Of a stretch of DNA of 32,000 nt, positions 10,530-19,845 are shown in pieces. Each line of letters starts with the position of its first letter. Positions within the stretch are counted from its first letter, which is position 1. The notes under the pieces were generated by a model that worked only from the letters and a program-made list of their open reading frames with translations, had not been told where the DNA came from and searched no databases. The DNA comes from Cuniculiplasma divulgatum (GTDB lineage Archaea > Thermoplasmatota > Thermoplasmata > Thermoplasmatales > Thermoplasmataceae): contig NZ_LT671858.1 in the NCBI RefSeq assembly GCF_900083515.1, positions 540,001 to 572,000 of the forward strand. Direction: 5' to 3'. The position numbers were made by a program, and so were the translations under genes.

Positions 10530-11126
10530 ATGAAGAAAGATACAAAAGAGAAGGTTACCGTTGAAAGTAGAATTTCCAGATTTCTCACGGAAAATCCTGA
10601 TTATATGCTTTCACTAAGATCTGATGTGGTTAATGTGAGTAAACTGGCAATGCTTATACTGAAAGAAAACGCTGATCTAAATCCAATATCTGTAAGGGCA
10701 GCACTAAACAGATTTAAGCGCAAAGGAAATGGTGAAACTGGAAAAATTAAGGCAGACGATCTACTGAAGAAAAGTAAAATCTCATTGCAGGACAAGATTT
10801 GCGTGGTTACGTCAAAAACCCCTTTAACGATGAAATATATATCTGCAACGTATCTGCAGGATAATATCGTATATATAGTGGATGAAATGAAAACCAAAAT
10901 ACCAGAAGCGTCTCAAAATATTATAATTGAGGCAGATGTCAGCATGATTCATATACTCTCATCAAAAGAGATAGAGAGGACACATGGCTTTGTAATGCGA
11001 ATAACAAACAAACTCTTTGCTAGAGGTGTCAATATTTTGCAACTAATTTCATGTTCCAATGAAACAATAATAATCCTAAATAAGAAAGACTCCACACTAG
11101 CTTACGAAATATTGACGATGGCATAA
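10530..11126 (+). CDS. ACT-domain protein of unknown function
   Basis: 198-aa ORF. The C-terminal ~70 aa (HGFVMRITNKLFARGVNILQLISCSNETIIILNKKD...) follows the ACT-fold pattern seen in aspartate-kinase regulatory domains. The N-terminal half is unassigned. Confidence 0.45.
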   Translation: MKKDTKEKVTVESRISRFLTENPDYMLSLRSDVVNVSKLAMLILKENADLNPISVRAALNRFKRKGNGETGKIKADDLLKKSKISLQDKICVVTSKTPLTMKYISATYLQDNIVYIVDEMKTKIPEASQNIIIEADVSMIHILSSKEIERTHGFVMRITNKLFARGVNILQLISCSNETIIILNKKDSTLAYEILTMA

Positions 11127-11603
11127 ATGTATACAGCTTGAAGATGAACGCAAATTTTTATTCAACTATCCTTTTTTTGCCTGAAACTTGAGAAACAATG
11201 GGTATATAATGACATCTGAGAGTGAGAAAATCATCCCAATTCATGGAAAATAGGATATCATCGAAAGGTACGACCATCAAACTTTTTCATGACTATTGAA
11301 AATGAAATCCTGCACTACTGTCATATAAAAACTATTTTGCAGACATTTAATACAGTCTTGTCACACTATATACTTCATATCTGGAACACATCTGTAATAC
11401 AGTAATAATCAAATTATCAACGTTTGTCCAAATAGAAGGTTTTAAAATTTACAACTTTAAAATATTGTCGACGGCAGGGTGAAATAAATCTCTTTTTAGC
11501 AAAATCATTCAATTAATCGATTCGTTTACCATGCAACGCTATCTAATTATGTTTGAGCGATTTATAGATACATGTCCATTATGTTCCTTTTTTTAAATTG
11601 GAT

Positions 11604-12686
11604 CTAGTATTTTAGTTCTCTTTCCAGTGATATCAAAGCTTCTGAAACAATTTCAGCACTTTTCTCCACGTCCTCCAGTCTTATGAATTCATTATTAGTA
11701 TGTGAAAGCTGGGTGTTTCCTGGACCATAAGTTATAGCAGGAATATTCCATGAATTTCCGAGAACGTTCATATCGCCACTCCCGCTTTTGAACACAAGCC
11801 TGGCATTGGCCCCAGTCTTCTGACCTATTGCGAAACGAAATGCCTTGGCCAGTGGGCTTTTCGTGTTTGATACATAAGGCTTTACCTCGCTAATTATTCT
11901 TATTTTCACCTGAACTGGGAGATTCAATGATTCGCATATTCCTAACACTTCTTTCAGGATGTCATTTTTATCTACTGGCATGGGAAATCTAATATCAAGT
12001 GTTATTGTCGTTTTTGAGGGGATAACATTGTCTGATCTGCCTCCATGAATACCAGTCATTGCGACAGATACTTCATAAAACCCCGTTCTTCCGGAATAAT
12101 GATCCCTAATTTTAGACCATGCCGTCATGGCGGCATCCACAGAGCCGCCTCCGATCCAGGGAGCACTGGCATGAAAAGGTTCCGTTTCGAACATAACATC
12201 TAATAATAATCTTCCCCGGTAACCAACAGTAATGCCGTCAACATTACCAGGCTCACCGAATATTGCATAATCGCTCTTCGGTTGTGTCCGTGCAACCTCA
12301 AGTATGCCCTTTCCCATGCCTTCTTCTCCAGTTGCAGCTATTACGGTCAATGTTCCCTTGAACCCTGCCTCCTTAGCGATTATTGCACCATAGAGAAGTG
12401 AAACCAGTGATGACTTTGCATCCACTGACCCCCTACCATACAAAACTCCATTCTTAACCATGACTGGGAGTTTTCCTGGAACAGTATCTATATGACCACA
12501 TAGAGTTATGGATAATCCCTCTCCGGCAAATATACCGAGTCCATTTCCTGCTCTATCTGTTATAACATTTGTTGCCCCTAATTTCTTAAGATACGAATTG
12601 AATATCGAGATAGCCTGTTTTTCTTTTCCAGTGGGTGAGTAGGTTTTAACGAGATGAATTAGAGTATTATCTATATCCTTAATCAT
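11604..12686 (-). CDS. lysK: [LysW]-lysine/[LysW]-ornithine hydrolase (M20 deacylase, LysK/ArgE-like)
   Basis: 360-aa ORF with the M20 metallopeptidase metal-ligand block CGHIDTVP and a GEEG block. It is the last gene of the lysW operon and overlaps lysX by 4 nt. Confidence 0.75.
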   Translation of the reverse strand: MIKDIDNTLIHLVKTYSPTGKEKQAISIFNSYLKKLGATNVITDRAGNGLGIFAGEGLSITLCGHIDTVPGKLPVMVKNGVLYGRGSVDAKSSLVSLLYGAIIAKEAGFKGTLTVIAATGEEGMGKGILEVARTQPKSDYAIFGEPGNVDGITVGYRGRLLLDVMFETEPFHASAPWIGGGSVDAAMTAWSKIRDHYSGRTGFYEVSVAMTGIHGGRSDNVIPSKTTITLDIRFPMPVDKNDILKEVLGICESLNLPVQVKIRIISEVKPYVSNTKSPLAKAFRFAIGQKTGANARLVFKSGSGDMNVLGNSWNIPAITYGPGNTQLSHTNNEFIRLEDVEKSAEIVSEALISLERELKY

Positions 12687-13531
12687 TTCGAAACCTCAAG
12701 AAGATAGTCCAATATATCCCCAGGTATATCGATCTGAGTAGTGCTTGCTATTGTCTTGAACTCACTGGTACTATTAACCTCATGAACAAGGTAACCCCGT
12801 TCTGATTCCATTATGTCCACTCCTAGTATTCCATTTCCAACGCTTCTCGCAGCTTTTAGCGATATTTTCTCTAGCTCTGTAGTAATTTCACATTTCTCTG
12901 CACGTCCACCTATGGCGGCATTAGTTCTCCAGTCCCCTTCTGGCTGATATCTATACATTCCACACACTACTCGATCACCTATGACAAATATTCTTATGTC
13001 TCTTGGAGGTCTCTTAACATATTCCTGTAAATAGAATATTGAATACAAAGGATACATATATTCTCTGTCCTCTAGAAGAGCCATCGCCGATTCCGGGTTA
13101 TTCATGAGCGCAATCATTCTGCCCCAACTTCCTATTACTGGTTTAAGAACTGCTCTTCCCTGAAATTTTTCCGAAAACTGTTTCATTGCAGTTTCGTAAC
13201 TGGTGGAAACTGATGTTAAGGGTGATGGGACTCCGTTTGAAATAAGGGCCAGGGAGGTCAACATCTTATTTCCAGCGTTAATTATCGTCTTAAGATCATT
13301 TAGAACACTTTGTTTCTTATACTCAAGAAAGGCTGTCGAATGAAGTCCGCGATAATACGATGTGCATCGTTGCAGCGTTATGTTTCCATAATAATCGGGT
13401 AAAGGCTTATCGAAGTCCATATCAATGTCCTTAACATTTAACATTTTCAATTCTATTCCTTTCCTGTTAGCGGCCCTAAAAATAGCCTTTTCCTCCCACC
13501 TGACGGTATCATAAATCATAGAAATATTCAT
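12683..13531 (-). CDS. lysX: RimK-type ATP-grasp ligase, LysX/ArgX-like (loads substrate onto the LysW C-terminus)
   Basis: 282-aa ORF with size and layout of LysX-family ATP-grasp enzymes. It has 4-nt overlaps with both neighbours inside the lysW operon. Confidence 0.75.
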   Translation of the reverse strand: MNISMIYDTVRWEEKAIFRAANRKGIELKMLNVKDIDMDFDKPLPDYYGNITLQRCTSYYRGLHSTAFLEYKKQSVLNDLKTIINAGNKMLTSLALISNGVPSPLTSVSTSYETAMKQFSEKFQGRAVLKPVIGSWGRMIALMNNPESAMALLEDREYMYPLYSIFYLQEYVKRPPRDIRIFVIGDRVVCGMYRYQPEGDWRTNAAIGGRAEKCEITTELEKISLKAARSVGNGILGVDIMESERGYLVHEVNSTSEFKTIASTTQIDIPGDILDYLLEVSK

Positions 13532-14742
13532 TTTTGATCGTTCCTTCCCTGCTTCTTTATATATTGATCGAGTGCAGTCTTTAGTATTTCAATCGCACGA
13601 TCAACCTCTTCCTTGGAGACAGTGTAGGGTGGCAGCATCCTTATTGTGTTTATTCCTGAGTATAATGTAATGAGACCAAGATCAATCATATCCATAAGTA
13701 TGGGAACGAATCTTACTCTAAGTTCCATGGCAAGCATCATTCCAATACCCCTCGTCTGTGATACCAGTCTATGGGAATCGGTTTCCTCATTCATTCTTTG
13801 AAGTGTGTATTTTCCCATTTCACTGGCCCGTTTTATCATCCCGTTTCTTAGTTCTTTTATTACCACTTCTCCTGCGGCACATGATAAGGGATTTCCACCA
13901 GTTGTAGAACTCTGCTCCCCAATTCCAAGTGACTCAACGAATTCTCTTTTTCCCACTGTTACGCCCATTGGTATTCCACCTCCAATGCCCTTGCCTATTG
14001 TCATTATATCCGGAGTTATTCCCCAGTTTTCGTGTGCCCACATCTTTCCGGTCCTTCCAAGTCCGGATTGAATTTCGTCCATTACCAGGAGTGTTCCATA
14101 GCTGGATGTAGCCTCCCTGACAGACGGGAGAAATTGAGGGTCTGGGAGATTGATACCACCCTCTCCCTGAATTGGTTCCATGAATACGGCTGCAACATCT
14201 TCCTTTTTTAACAAAGTATGAACATGTTCATAATCTCCAAATTTCACAAATTCAACACCCGGGATCAGCATGTCTTCAAAAGAACTCCTGTATTTTGCTG
14301 AATGTGTTATGGAGAGGGCCCCCAGTGTTTTTCCATGATAACCCTTCTCCATGCTTATGATTTTTTTTCTTTTAGTCGATTTAACCGCTATTTTTAGTGC
14401 CGCCTCTATGGCTTCCGCCCCGCTATTTGAAAGATACGCCATGTTTAGCCCCGTCGGTGTAACATTCATAAGTTCTCTAAGAAATCTCGCCCTCGCAGGG
14501 CTGTAAACTGATGTGTGCGTTATATATATTTCATCCACTTGCTTTTTTATTGCCTCTGTTATGGCATTATTTGAGTGACCAAGAATAGCGACTCCATACC
14601 CACTCATAAAATCAAAATATTCCTTTCCGTTCATATCCCATATTTTTGTCCCTTTAGCTCTGGCTGCAACCACTGGTATTTTCTGATATGTGCCCGCGAG
14701 GTAACGGTCTTCAATCTCCTCAGTAAGCCCGTTTTTCATCAT
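13528..14742 (-). CDS. lysJ: class III PLP aminotransferase, LysJ/ArgD-like
   Basis: 404-aa ORF with the block LVMDEIQSGLGRTGKMWA typical of acetylornithine/LysW-aminotransferases. Sits within the operon. Confidence 0.85.
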   Translation of the reverse strand: MMKNGLTEEIEDRYLAGTYQKIPVVAARAKGTKIWDMNGKEYFDFMSGYGVAILGHSNNAITEAIKKQVDEIYITHTSVYSPARARFLRELMNVTPTGLNMAYLSNSGAEAIEAALKIAVKSTKRKKIISMEKGYHGKTLGALSITHSAKYRSSFEDMLIPGVEFVKFGDYEHVHTLLKKEDVAAVFMEPIQGEGGINLPDPQFLPSVREATSSYGTLLVMDEIQSGLGRTGKMWAHENWGITPDIMTIGKGIGGGIPMGVTVGKREFVESLGIGEQSSTTGGNPLSCAAGEVVIKELRNGMIKRASEMGKYTLQRMNEETDSHRLVSQTRGIGMMLAMELRVRFVPILMDMIDLGLITLYSGINTIRMLPPYTVSKEEVDRAIEILKTALDQYIKKQGRNDQK

Positions 14743-15542
14743 TTTGTTATCACCGTCCTTATATTCGTGTTAATTGCGGCTGATATTGGCATTGGTCTAT
14801 TTCCATTGGCAATAATTACCTCATTGGTACCAGCTTCTATGGATTCAATCGCGGCCATGATCTTTTTATCCATGCCATTCCCAACCAGTCTTAACATTTT
14901 TACAGCCTGTTTCATATTAAGTTTCTCCACTAATTTTCCGTTAAAAATTATACCATCGACGTCCGTTAAAAGGATCATCTTTGTGGCTTTCAATTCCCCA
15001 GATATAGCTGATGCAGCTCTATCTCCATCTACGTTCAGAGGTTCATGCTCCAGTCCAACCGCAATAGGCGCTACTACAGGGGTGATTTTTTCAGAAAAAA
15101 GATACTTAATGAACGTTCCATTTACCGATAATATCTTACCGGTGTATCCACCATCAATGAACATTTTCCTACCCTTCTCATTCATCGCTATTAACCTTTT
15201 TTTCCTCTCCGCAATAATCGTGGGCCCATCGATACCAGACATACCGAAGGACTTCATTCCAGCCTTTTGCAGTGCAAGAACTATGGACGCGTTAATGCTT
15301 CCACGCATACTCATTATATAGGTTTGCATCGTTTGAGCATCTGTGTATCTACTTCTTATTCCACTGGGAGAAGTAATAAATTTCGCCTCCATATTCAACC
15401 TTTTACAAAGATCGGTGACAGCAGGACCTCCACCATGGACAATCACATATTCATCATCTTTGTTCGATGAGAAATCTTTGGTAAAACTTTCTGATATACC
15501 ATTTTTCATTAGACTTCCTCCCAGCTTTAAAACAATTACCAC
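14739..15542 (-). CDS. lysZ: amino-acid kinase, LysZ/ArgB-like
   Basis: 267-aa ORF with N-terminal VLKLGGS and VIVHGGGP motifs of the acetylglutamate-kinase family. Confidence 0.85.
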   Translation of the reverse strand: MVIVLKLGGSLMKNGISESFTKDFSSNKDDEYVIVHGGGPAVTDLCKRLNMEAKFITSPSGIRSRYTDAQTMQTYIMSMRGSINASIVLALQKAGMKSFGMSGIDGPTIIAERKKRLIAMNEKGRKMFIDGGYTGKILSVNGTFIKYLFSEKITPVVAPIAVGLEHEPLNVDGDRAASAISGELKATKMILLTDVDGIIFNGKLVEKLNMKQAVKMLRLVGNGMDKKIMAAIESIEAGTNEVIIANGNRPMPISAAINTNIRTVITK

Positions 15543-15545
15543 GAT

Positions 15546-16598
15546 TTACACCAGCCGCATTGGAGACATCATTAACCCCTCTTTCTCATCAAATCCTTCC
15601 ATAATATTCATTGATTGAATTGCGTTTCCAGCTGCTCCCTTTATTAGGTTATCTATTGAACCAATAGCAACTATCCTTTTTACATGCCGATCAATAGCGA
15701 ATCCAAGGTCTATGAAATTTGAACCTACAACAAGTTTAGGATCAGGGTATTTATAGACCCCGCTTGGATCCATTATGAACCTAACAAATGGTTCTTCTCC
15801 ATACATTGTTCGGTAAGCGTTCCATATATTCTGAATTTTAGGCTCTCTCTCTACAAATACACTACTTGTAGTTAGAATTCCTCGAACCATGTTAATTGAG
15901 TGTGCTGACATAGTAACTTTTACTTTGGTACCTGAAATAATAGAAAGTTCCTGCTCAATTTCTCCTATGTGCCTATGTCCTGATGGACTGTATATCCTTA
16001 CCGAATTGTACCTTTCTGAAAAGTGAGTCGCCATGGATGGCTTATTTCCTGAGCCCGACGAACCTATTTTAGCGTCAATCACCACCACTCCATCCAGAAA
16101 TCCTGCCTTGGCAAGTGGTGCAATGCTATAAATCGAAGAGCTTGCAATGCATCCTGGAACAGAAATGAAACGTGCCGACTTCAATTCTTTCCTGTGAAGT
16201 TCTGGCATGCCGTAGACAAATTTCTGGAGAAGGTCAGGGGCTGGATGCTCCCAGCCATACCAGACTGGATAATCTGCCTGGTTCCTAAACCTGAAATCCG
16301 CACTCATATCTACAATCTTCACTCCCATTTCAGACATTTCAGGCACATGTTCAATGGATGATCCGTGTGGAACCGCCATAAAAACAATATCTACTTTTGA
16401 TGCAGCTTCTTCTGGGGTGTCCATGGAAAATCTCATAGAAGTGAACCCTTTGAGATTAGGATGCGCTTTGAAAACATACTCCCCGGCATGCTGTTGTGAA
16501 GTTGCAACTTTGACTTCGACTTCAGGATGCATCAGAAGAAGTCGCAGTAGTTCCCCCCCAACATATCCCGATGCACCAACAATAGCTACTGTCTTCAA
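15546..16598 (-). CDS. lysY: N-acyl-gamma-glutamyl/aminoadipyl-phosphate reductase, LysY/ArgC-like
   Basis: 350-aa ORF with a TTG start. Rossmann motif VAIVGASGYVGGELLRLL and catalytic-Cys block VPGCIASS typical of ArgC. Confidence 0.9.
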   Translation of the reverse strand: MKTVAIVGASGYVGGELLRLLLMHPEVEVKVATSQQHAGEYVFKAHPNLKGFTSMRFSMDTPEEAASKVDIVFMAVPHGSSIEHVPEMSEMGVKIVDMSADFRFRNQADYPVWYGWEHPAPDLLQKFVYGMPELHRKELKSARFISVPGCIASSSIYSIAPLAKAGFLDGVVVIDAKIGSSGSGNKPSMATHFSERYNSVRIYSPSGHRHIGEIEQELSIISGTKVKVTMSAHSINMVRGILTTSSVFVEREPKIQNIWNAYRTMYGEEPFVRFIMDPSGVYKYPDPKLVVGSNFIDLGFAIDRHVKRIVAIGSIDNLIKGAAGNAIQSMNIMEGFDEKEGLMMSPMRLV

Positions 16599-16680
16599 TT
16601 AGTAATTCCCCATTCTAAACAGAAAATAGTGATCACTTTTTTACTAATATACGAAATGAAACCGTAAGATTCTGGGCTAT

Positions 16681-16860
16681 TCATTCACCCCAATCCTCCT
16701 TTACCTCCTCTGCCACCTTGAGAAAAAATTTTCCAGGACTTTCTTCCTGTATTTCATAATCCAGTCCACAATCTCCACAACTGACAATTTCTCCTTTTAA
16801 GGCATCATCAGGGACTATAACCTTTCCACCACACATTTTACATTCCATATTCATTTTCAT
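16681..16860 (-). CDS. lysW: amino-group carrier protein LysW
   Basis: Zinc-ribbon CxxC...CxxC (CKMCGG...CGDCG) and an acidic tail ending EDWGE, the same C-terminus as Thermus LysW. The listed 77-aa ORF is probably too long. The likely start is one of three clustered ATGs (MKMNMECK), giving 55-59 aa; a G6 run sits just upstream. Confidence 0.85.
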   Translation of the reverse strand: MKMNMECKMCGGKVIVPDDALKGEIVSCGDCGLDYEIQEESPGKFFLKVAEEVKEDWGE

Positions 16861-17838
16861 CCCCCCTAGATCCAAAACAGAGCCGTAAGCTATGCAACTC
16901 TTCTGGAGTAGCATTTAATGAGACTTGTTTTGTAGTATTCCATTTATTTTATATAAATATTAAAACGTTATTGCCATAATTAGTCTTAGTTAGATTAAAA
17001 TGGTTAGAATTGAAATATTTATTAATAAAACTGTCAGAAATCTTGTCACCAGTGATACTATTATAGCAACATTCTTCAATAGATATGGTTCCAGTCAAGG
17101 AGGCAAAAGTAGTTAAAAAACCATTATTTTGGCTCAATTTTCAACATTTCACTTTTGTAAAATAACGAAAAACAGATCATATTTAATATAAAGGGTGTGT
17201 TTGTAATACAGCAATGCAAAATACTCCATAGAACTCCTAAATCATAAGTATCAATACAAGATAATTACGGTTGCAAAAGGTTAAAATGCTGATTGAAGAG
17301 CAGTCATTTGCAACTATAGTATGAAAAAAAGGAGTGTGACACAGACAAATCAACAACGGCAAGAATTTAACAATAAAAAAACTCTCAAAGGTAGGGTCAT
17401 CAGATGTCAGAACATAAATTACGACTCTAAAATTATAATGTTAACAGAACCGTTTGGTACGATTTATAACTGATTAAACAAAGATAATTTAGAAGCGCTA
17501 TGAAAGTTTTGATTTAGAAGATTTTTCAGACTCTCTGAGACTTATCTTCTTGCTGTGTTCCTTACGATACGTGCCAAGATCAACCTGACTTTGTACATTA
17601 ACGAGCAGTTACTCTTCCCTGATGGGAAGTCTCTTCTGTAGAATCTTTTCTATAGAATAAAGTTTATACATTACTACATTCTGGAATCCTATTATTTCAG
17701 AAAGGAGTGAATATGTTCCGCTCTGATATATCAAGATCATTGAATATATAATTGATGTAGTTTTTACTTTATCTCTTAAAAAATAAACCACATATGAAGT
17801 GGACCTGAACAGACGTCATTATAAGTGTAAGTAAATCC

Positions 17839-17850
17839 TTTTCATACTGT
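17839..17850 (+). repeat. copy 2 of the short word (T)TTTCATACTGT
   Basis: Reads TTTTCATACTGT, identical over 12 nt to 21990-22001. It lies in non-coding DNA about 190 nt upstream of the three-gene cassette. Confidence 0.6.
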
Positions 17851-18040
17851 AACGAAATTTATGATTGTCATCTTCTCTAATAACGTTTATCGTTAAACTG
17901 ATAAGTTAACATCTTGCTCTACCAGATCTTGTAACGCATTCAGGAAAAAATTCAATTAAAACCTTTGAAAAATCTAAAACATCTATTCCTTCACTTAATT
18001 TAGTAGCAAACTAAAAAAAGAAGAATAGTATTTAGTATTA

Positions 18041-18322
18041 ATGAAGGAAATGAGTGTGGAAGTTCTTAATTTGGCTCGAAACTTTGATGTTGAGAGTGGT
18101 AAGCCATCTGTCGTTGTATCATTTGGAAATTGCATAGATAGCACTCCAGATGTAAGAGAGAGGGTTGAAGCAAGTGGACAGACAGCTCAACCGGATAAAA
18201 CAATTGCCAATCGAGTAATATTATTCGTGCCAGATGTATCTGAAACGCCATACATTCTTGGCTCTAAATGGAATTTAAAAATAGAAGATAATGGTTCCAT
18301 ATCAATAACAAGGGATATGTAA
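18041..18322 (+). CDS. hypothetical protein, first gene of a three-gene cassette
   Basis: 93-aa ORF with non-repetitive, protein-like composition and no motif I recognise. It is followed 2 nt later by the next ORF. Confidence 0.5.
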   Translation: MKEMSVEVLNLARNFDVESGKPSVVVSFGNCIDSTPDVRERVEASGQTAQPDKTIANRVILFVPDVSETPYILGSKWNLKIEDNGSISITRDM

Positions 18323-18324
18323 AT

Positions 18325-18936
18325 ATGACATTTACAAGTCAAATAACAAATTATTCTTCAAATGCTGGAGAGAGTCCAAAAATTTTATTTTATCCTACTC
18401 AACTTGCAATTAAAGAAGATAGACATAAAAGAAAACCTTACGAAGGAAAAAATGTCATTGGTGAAAAATTTTCAATCCCTACATCAATTCCAATAGGGCC
18501 TTTTGAAAGTTTCACAAATTCAGACCCTATTAAGACCTCAAAAAAGAGTCCAAGCAATATCTTAGATAATACCTTAGAAAAAATAGTAAAGACAAAATTC
18601 GCTTTCATTAGTCCTGACAATCTTTCATTGATAAAAAATTATATTTCTAAAATGCATGCAACGAACAACTACAATCCAATAAATCTATTACTTATGGTTG
18701 AGAAAACAAACAAATATTTACACGAAGTTACTCAATATGGAAAAGAAATTTTCACAGAGATAGAATATTTTTTAGACGAAGAGGATGAAAAGTTAGATGG
18801 AATATCGATAAATATTTATTTGCCAGTCAAGGATGCAAAAGAGATTTCTGATATTTGGAACTACCTGAACGAAAATATTGATTCCGGAGAAAGTGGCTCT
18901 GAAAGGATCTTTTTTAACATTAGAAAAAAGATGTAA
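18325..18936 (+). CDS. hypothetical protein, second gene of the cassette
   Basis: 203-aa ORF. The N-terminal ~90 aa are Ser/Pro/Lys-rich and look disordered; the C-terminal ~110 aa look like a globular acidic domain. No GS...DxD nucleotidyltransferase motif. Confidence 0.5.
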   Translation: MTFTSQITNYSSNAGESPKILFYPTQLAIKEDRHKRKPYEGKNVIGEKFSIPTSIPIGPFESFTNSDPIKTSKKSPSNILDNTLEKIVKTKFAFISPDNLSLIKNYISKMHATNNYNPINLLLMVEKTNKYLHEVTQYGKEIFTEIEYFLDEEDEKLDGISINIYLPVKDAKEISDIWNYLNENIDSGESGSERIFFNIRKKM

Positions 18937-18939
18937 AGT

Positions 18940-19353
18940 ATGCAACCGAAAACTTTGCTAAGGCTTTCATCTGAATTTATTTCAATGATGTCTAAAATGT
19001 CAGATGATGATCTCATAGAAGGTTTAGTTAGAGCATCCATTGAAAAATCCTACTATTATGCATTCCTAGCAATTAGAGAAGCAATGACTGCAATTGGAAT
19101 CCAGATAACTGGGACTTCTGTGGCGCATCATGAAGTCATCGAAAATCTAAAAGAATTCTGTGAGCCTAAAATGGCTAATATCTATAGTAGGAAGCTCAAA
19201 AGTCTAAGGTCTCAAAGAAATACGGCCACGTACGATCTTTCTAAAAAGATAGACAAAATTGACGCAGAATCTTTAATATTAGAAGTGGGAAAACTATTGG
19301 AGGAATTAAGTAAAGATAAAAATTTGGGTGCCCAAATATTAAATTATAAATAA
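18940..19353 (+). CDS. HEPN-like all-helical protein, third gene of the cassette
   Basis: 137-aa ORF with a helical heptad-like pattern. An aromatic/Ala-rich helix (KSYYYAFLAIREAM) is followed by HHEV. SLRSQRNTATYD lies in the last third, giving R-N-x3-Y where RNase-type HEPN domains have R-x4-6-H. Confidence 0.45.
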   Translation: MQPKTLLRLSSEFISMMSKMSDDDLIEGLVRASIEKSYYYAFLAIREAMTAIGIQITGTSVAHHEVIENLKEFCEPKMANIYSRKLKSLRSQRNTATYDLSKKIDKIDAESLILEVGKLLEELSKDKNLGAQILNYK

Positions 19354-19845
19354 CGCTCCCACAATCACGTGTCATAACCACTTCAAGATTATATAAAGGA
19401 AAAAGAGAAAGCATTCAATTGTTTATATGCTCATTTACTAATCTCTATTGCAATATATATTTCTAAAAGCAGTTTCAAAGTTATAAGTAATCGATTCTAA
19501 AATGACTAAAATCAATGTGAATAATTAAACACTATTGAATTTGTATTGTCTAAACATAATTTACTTAGCTGGTGGATTGCTTCTCTTGTTTCATGCCACA
19601 TCTGATCAATGGATCATGAGTATAGAAAAGTGAGATATCATAGATTATAAACACATTAAATGAATTCAAAATTATTTGATGCTGTCGGTGAAACTCCTAA
19701 CCTAAGACTGCCTTGATGGGAAAAAAAACGGATCTCCTCTTTTTCCATTTCCTGTTCTTGATGTTTTTCCTTTTCTTTCTAGAATTGTCAGGGCAAACCC
19801 TACCTGCATTGTTAGATGAGTAGTAAAAAAATACAAATCATTTAA

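Noticed and set aside
14575-15321. 248-aa plus-strand ORF, and similar long antisense ORFs (for example 13805-14071, 16354-16602, 20466-20942, 24468-25197, 26749-27264, 29481-29862, 30555-30800).
   Set aside because: Each lies inside a strongly supported gene on the opposite strand. Their composition is Ser/Leu/Ile/Phe/Pro-rich or low-complexity, typical of shadow ORFs, and none has a recognisable motif.
16949-17137. 62-aa Asn-rich ORF just upstream of lysW on the same strand.
   Set aside because: It has the low-complexity composition expected from AT-rich spacer DNA and no motif. It would need conservation data.
17497-17791. Minus-strand 60-aa ORF (17609-17791) that continues in the same frame past a single TAA for another 36 codons. 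I considered it as an integrase or other gene remnant.
   Set aside because: No recognisable family signature, and none of the R...HxxR...Y recombinase pattern. It is mentioned under the island finding only.
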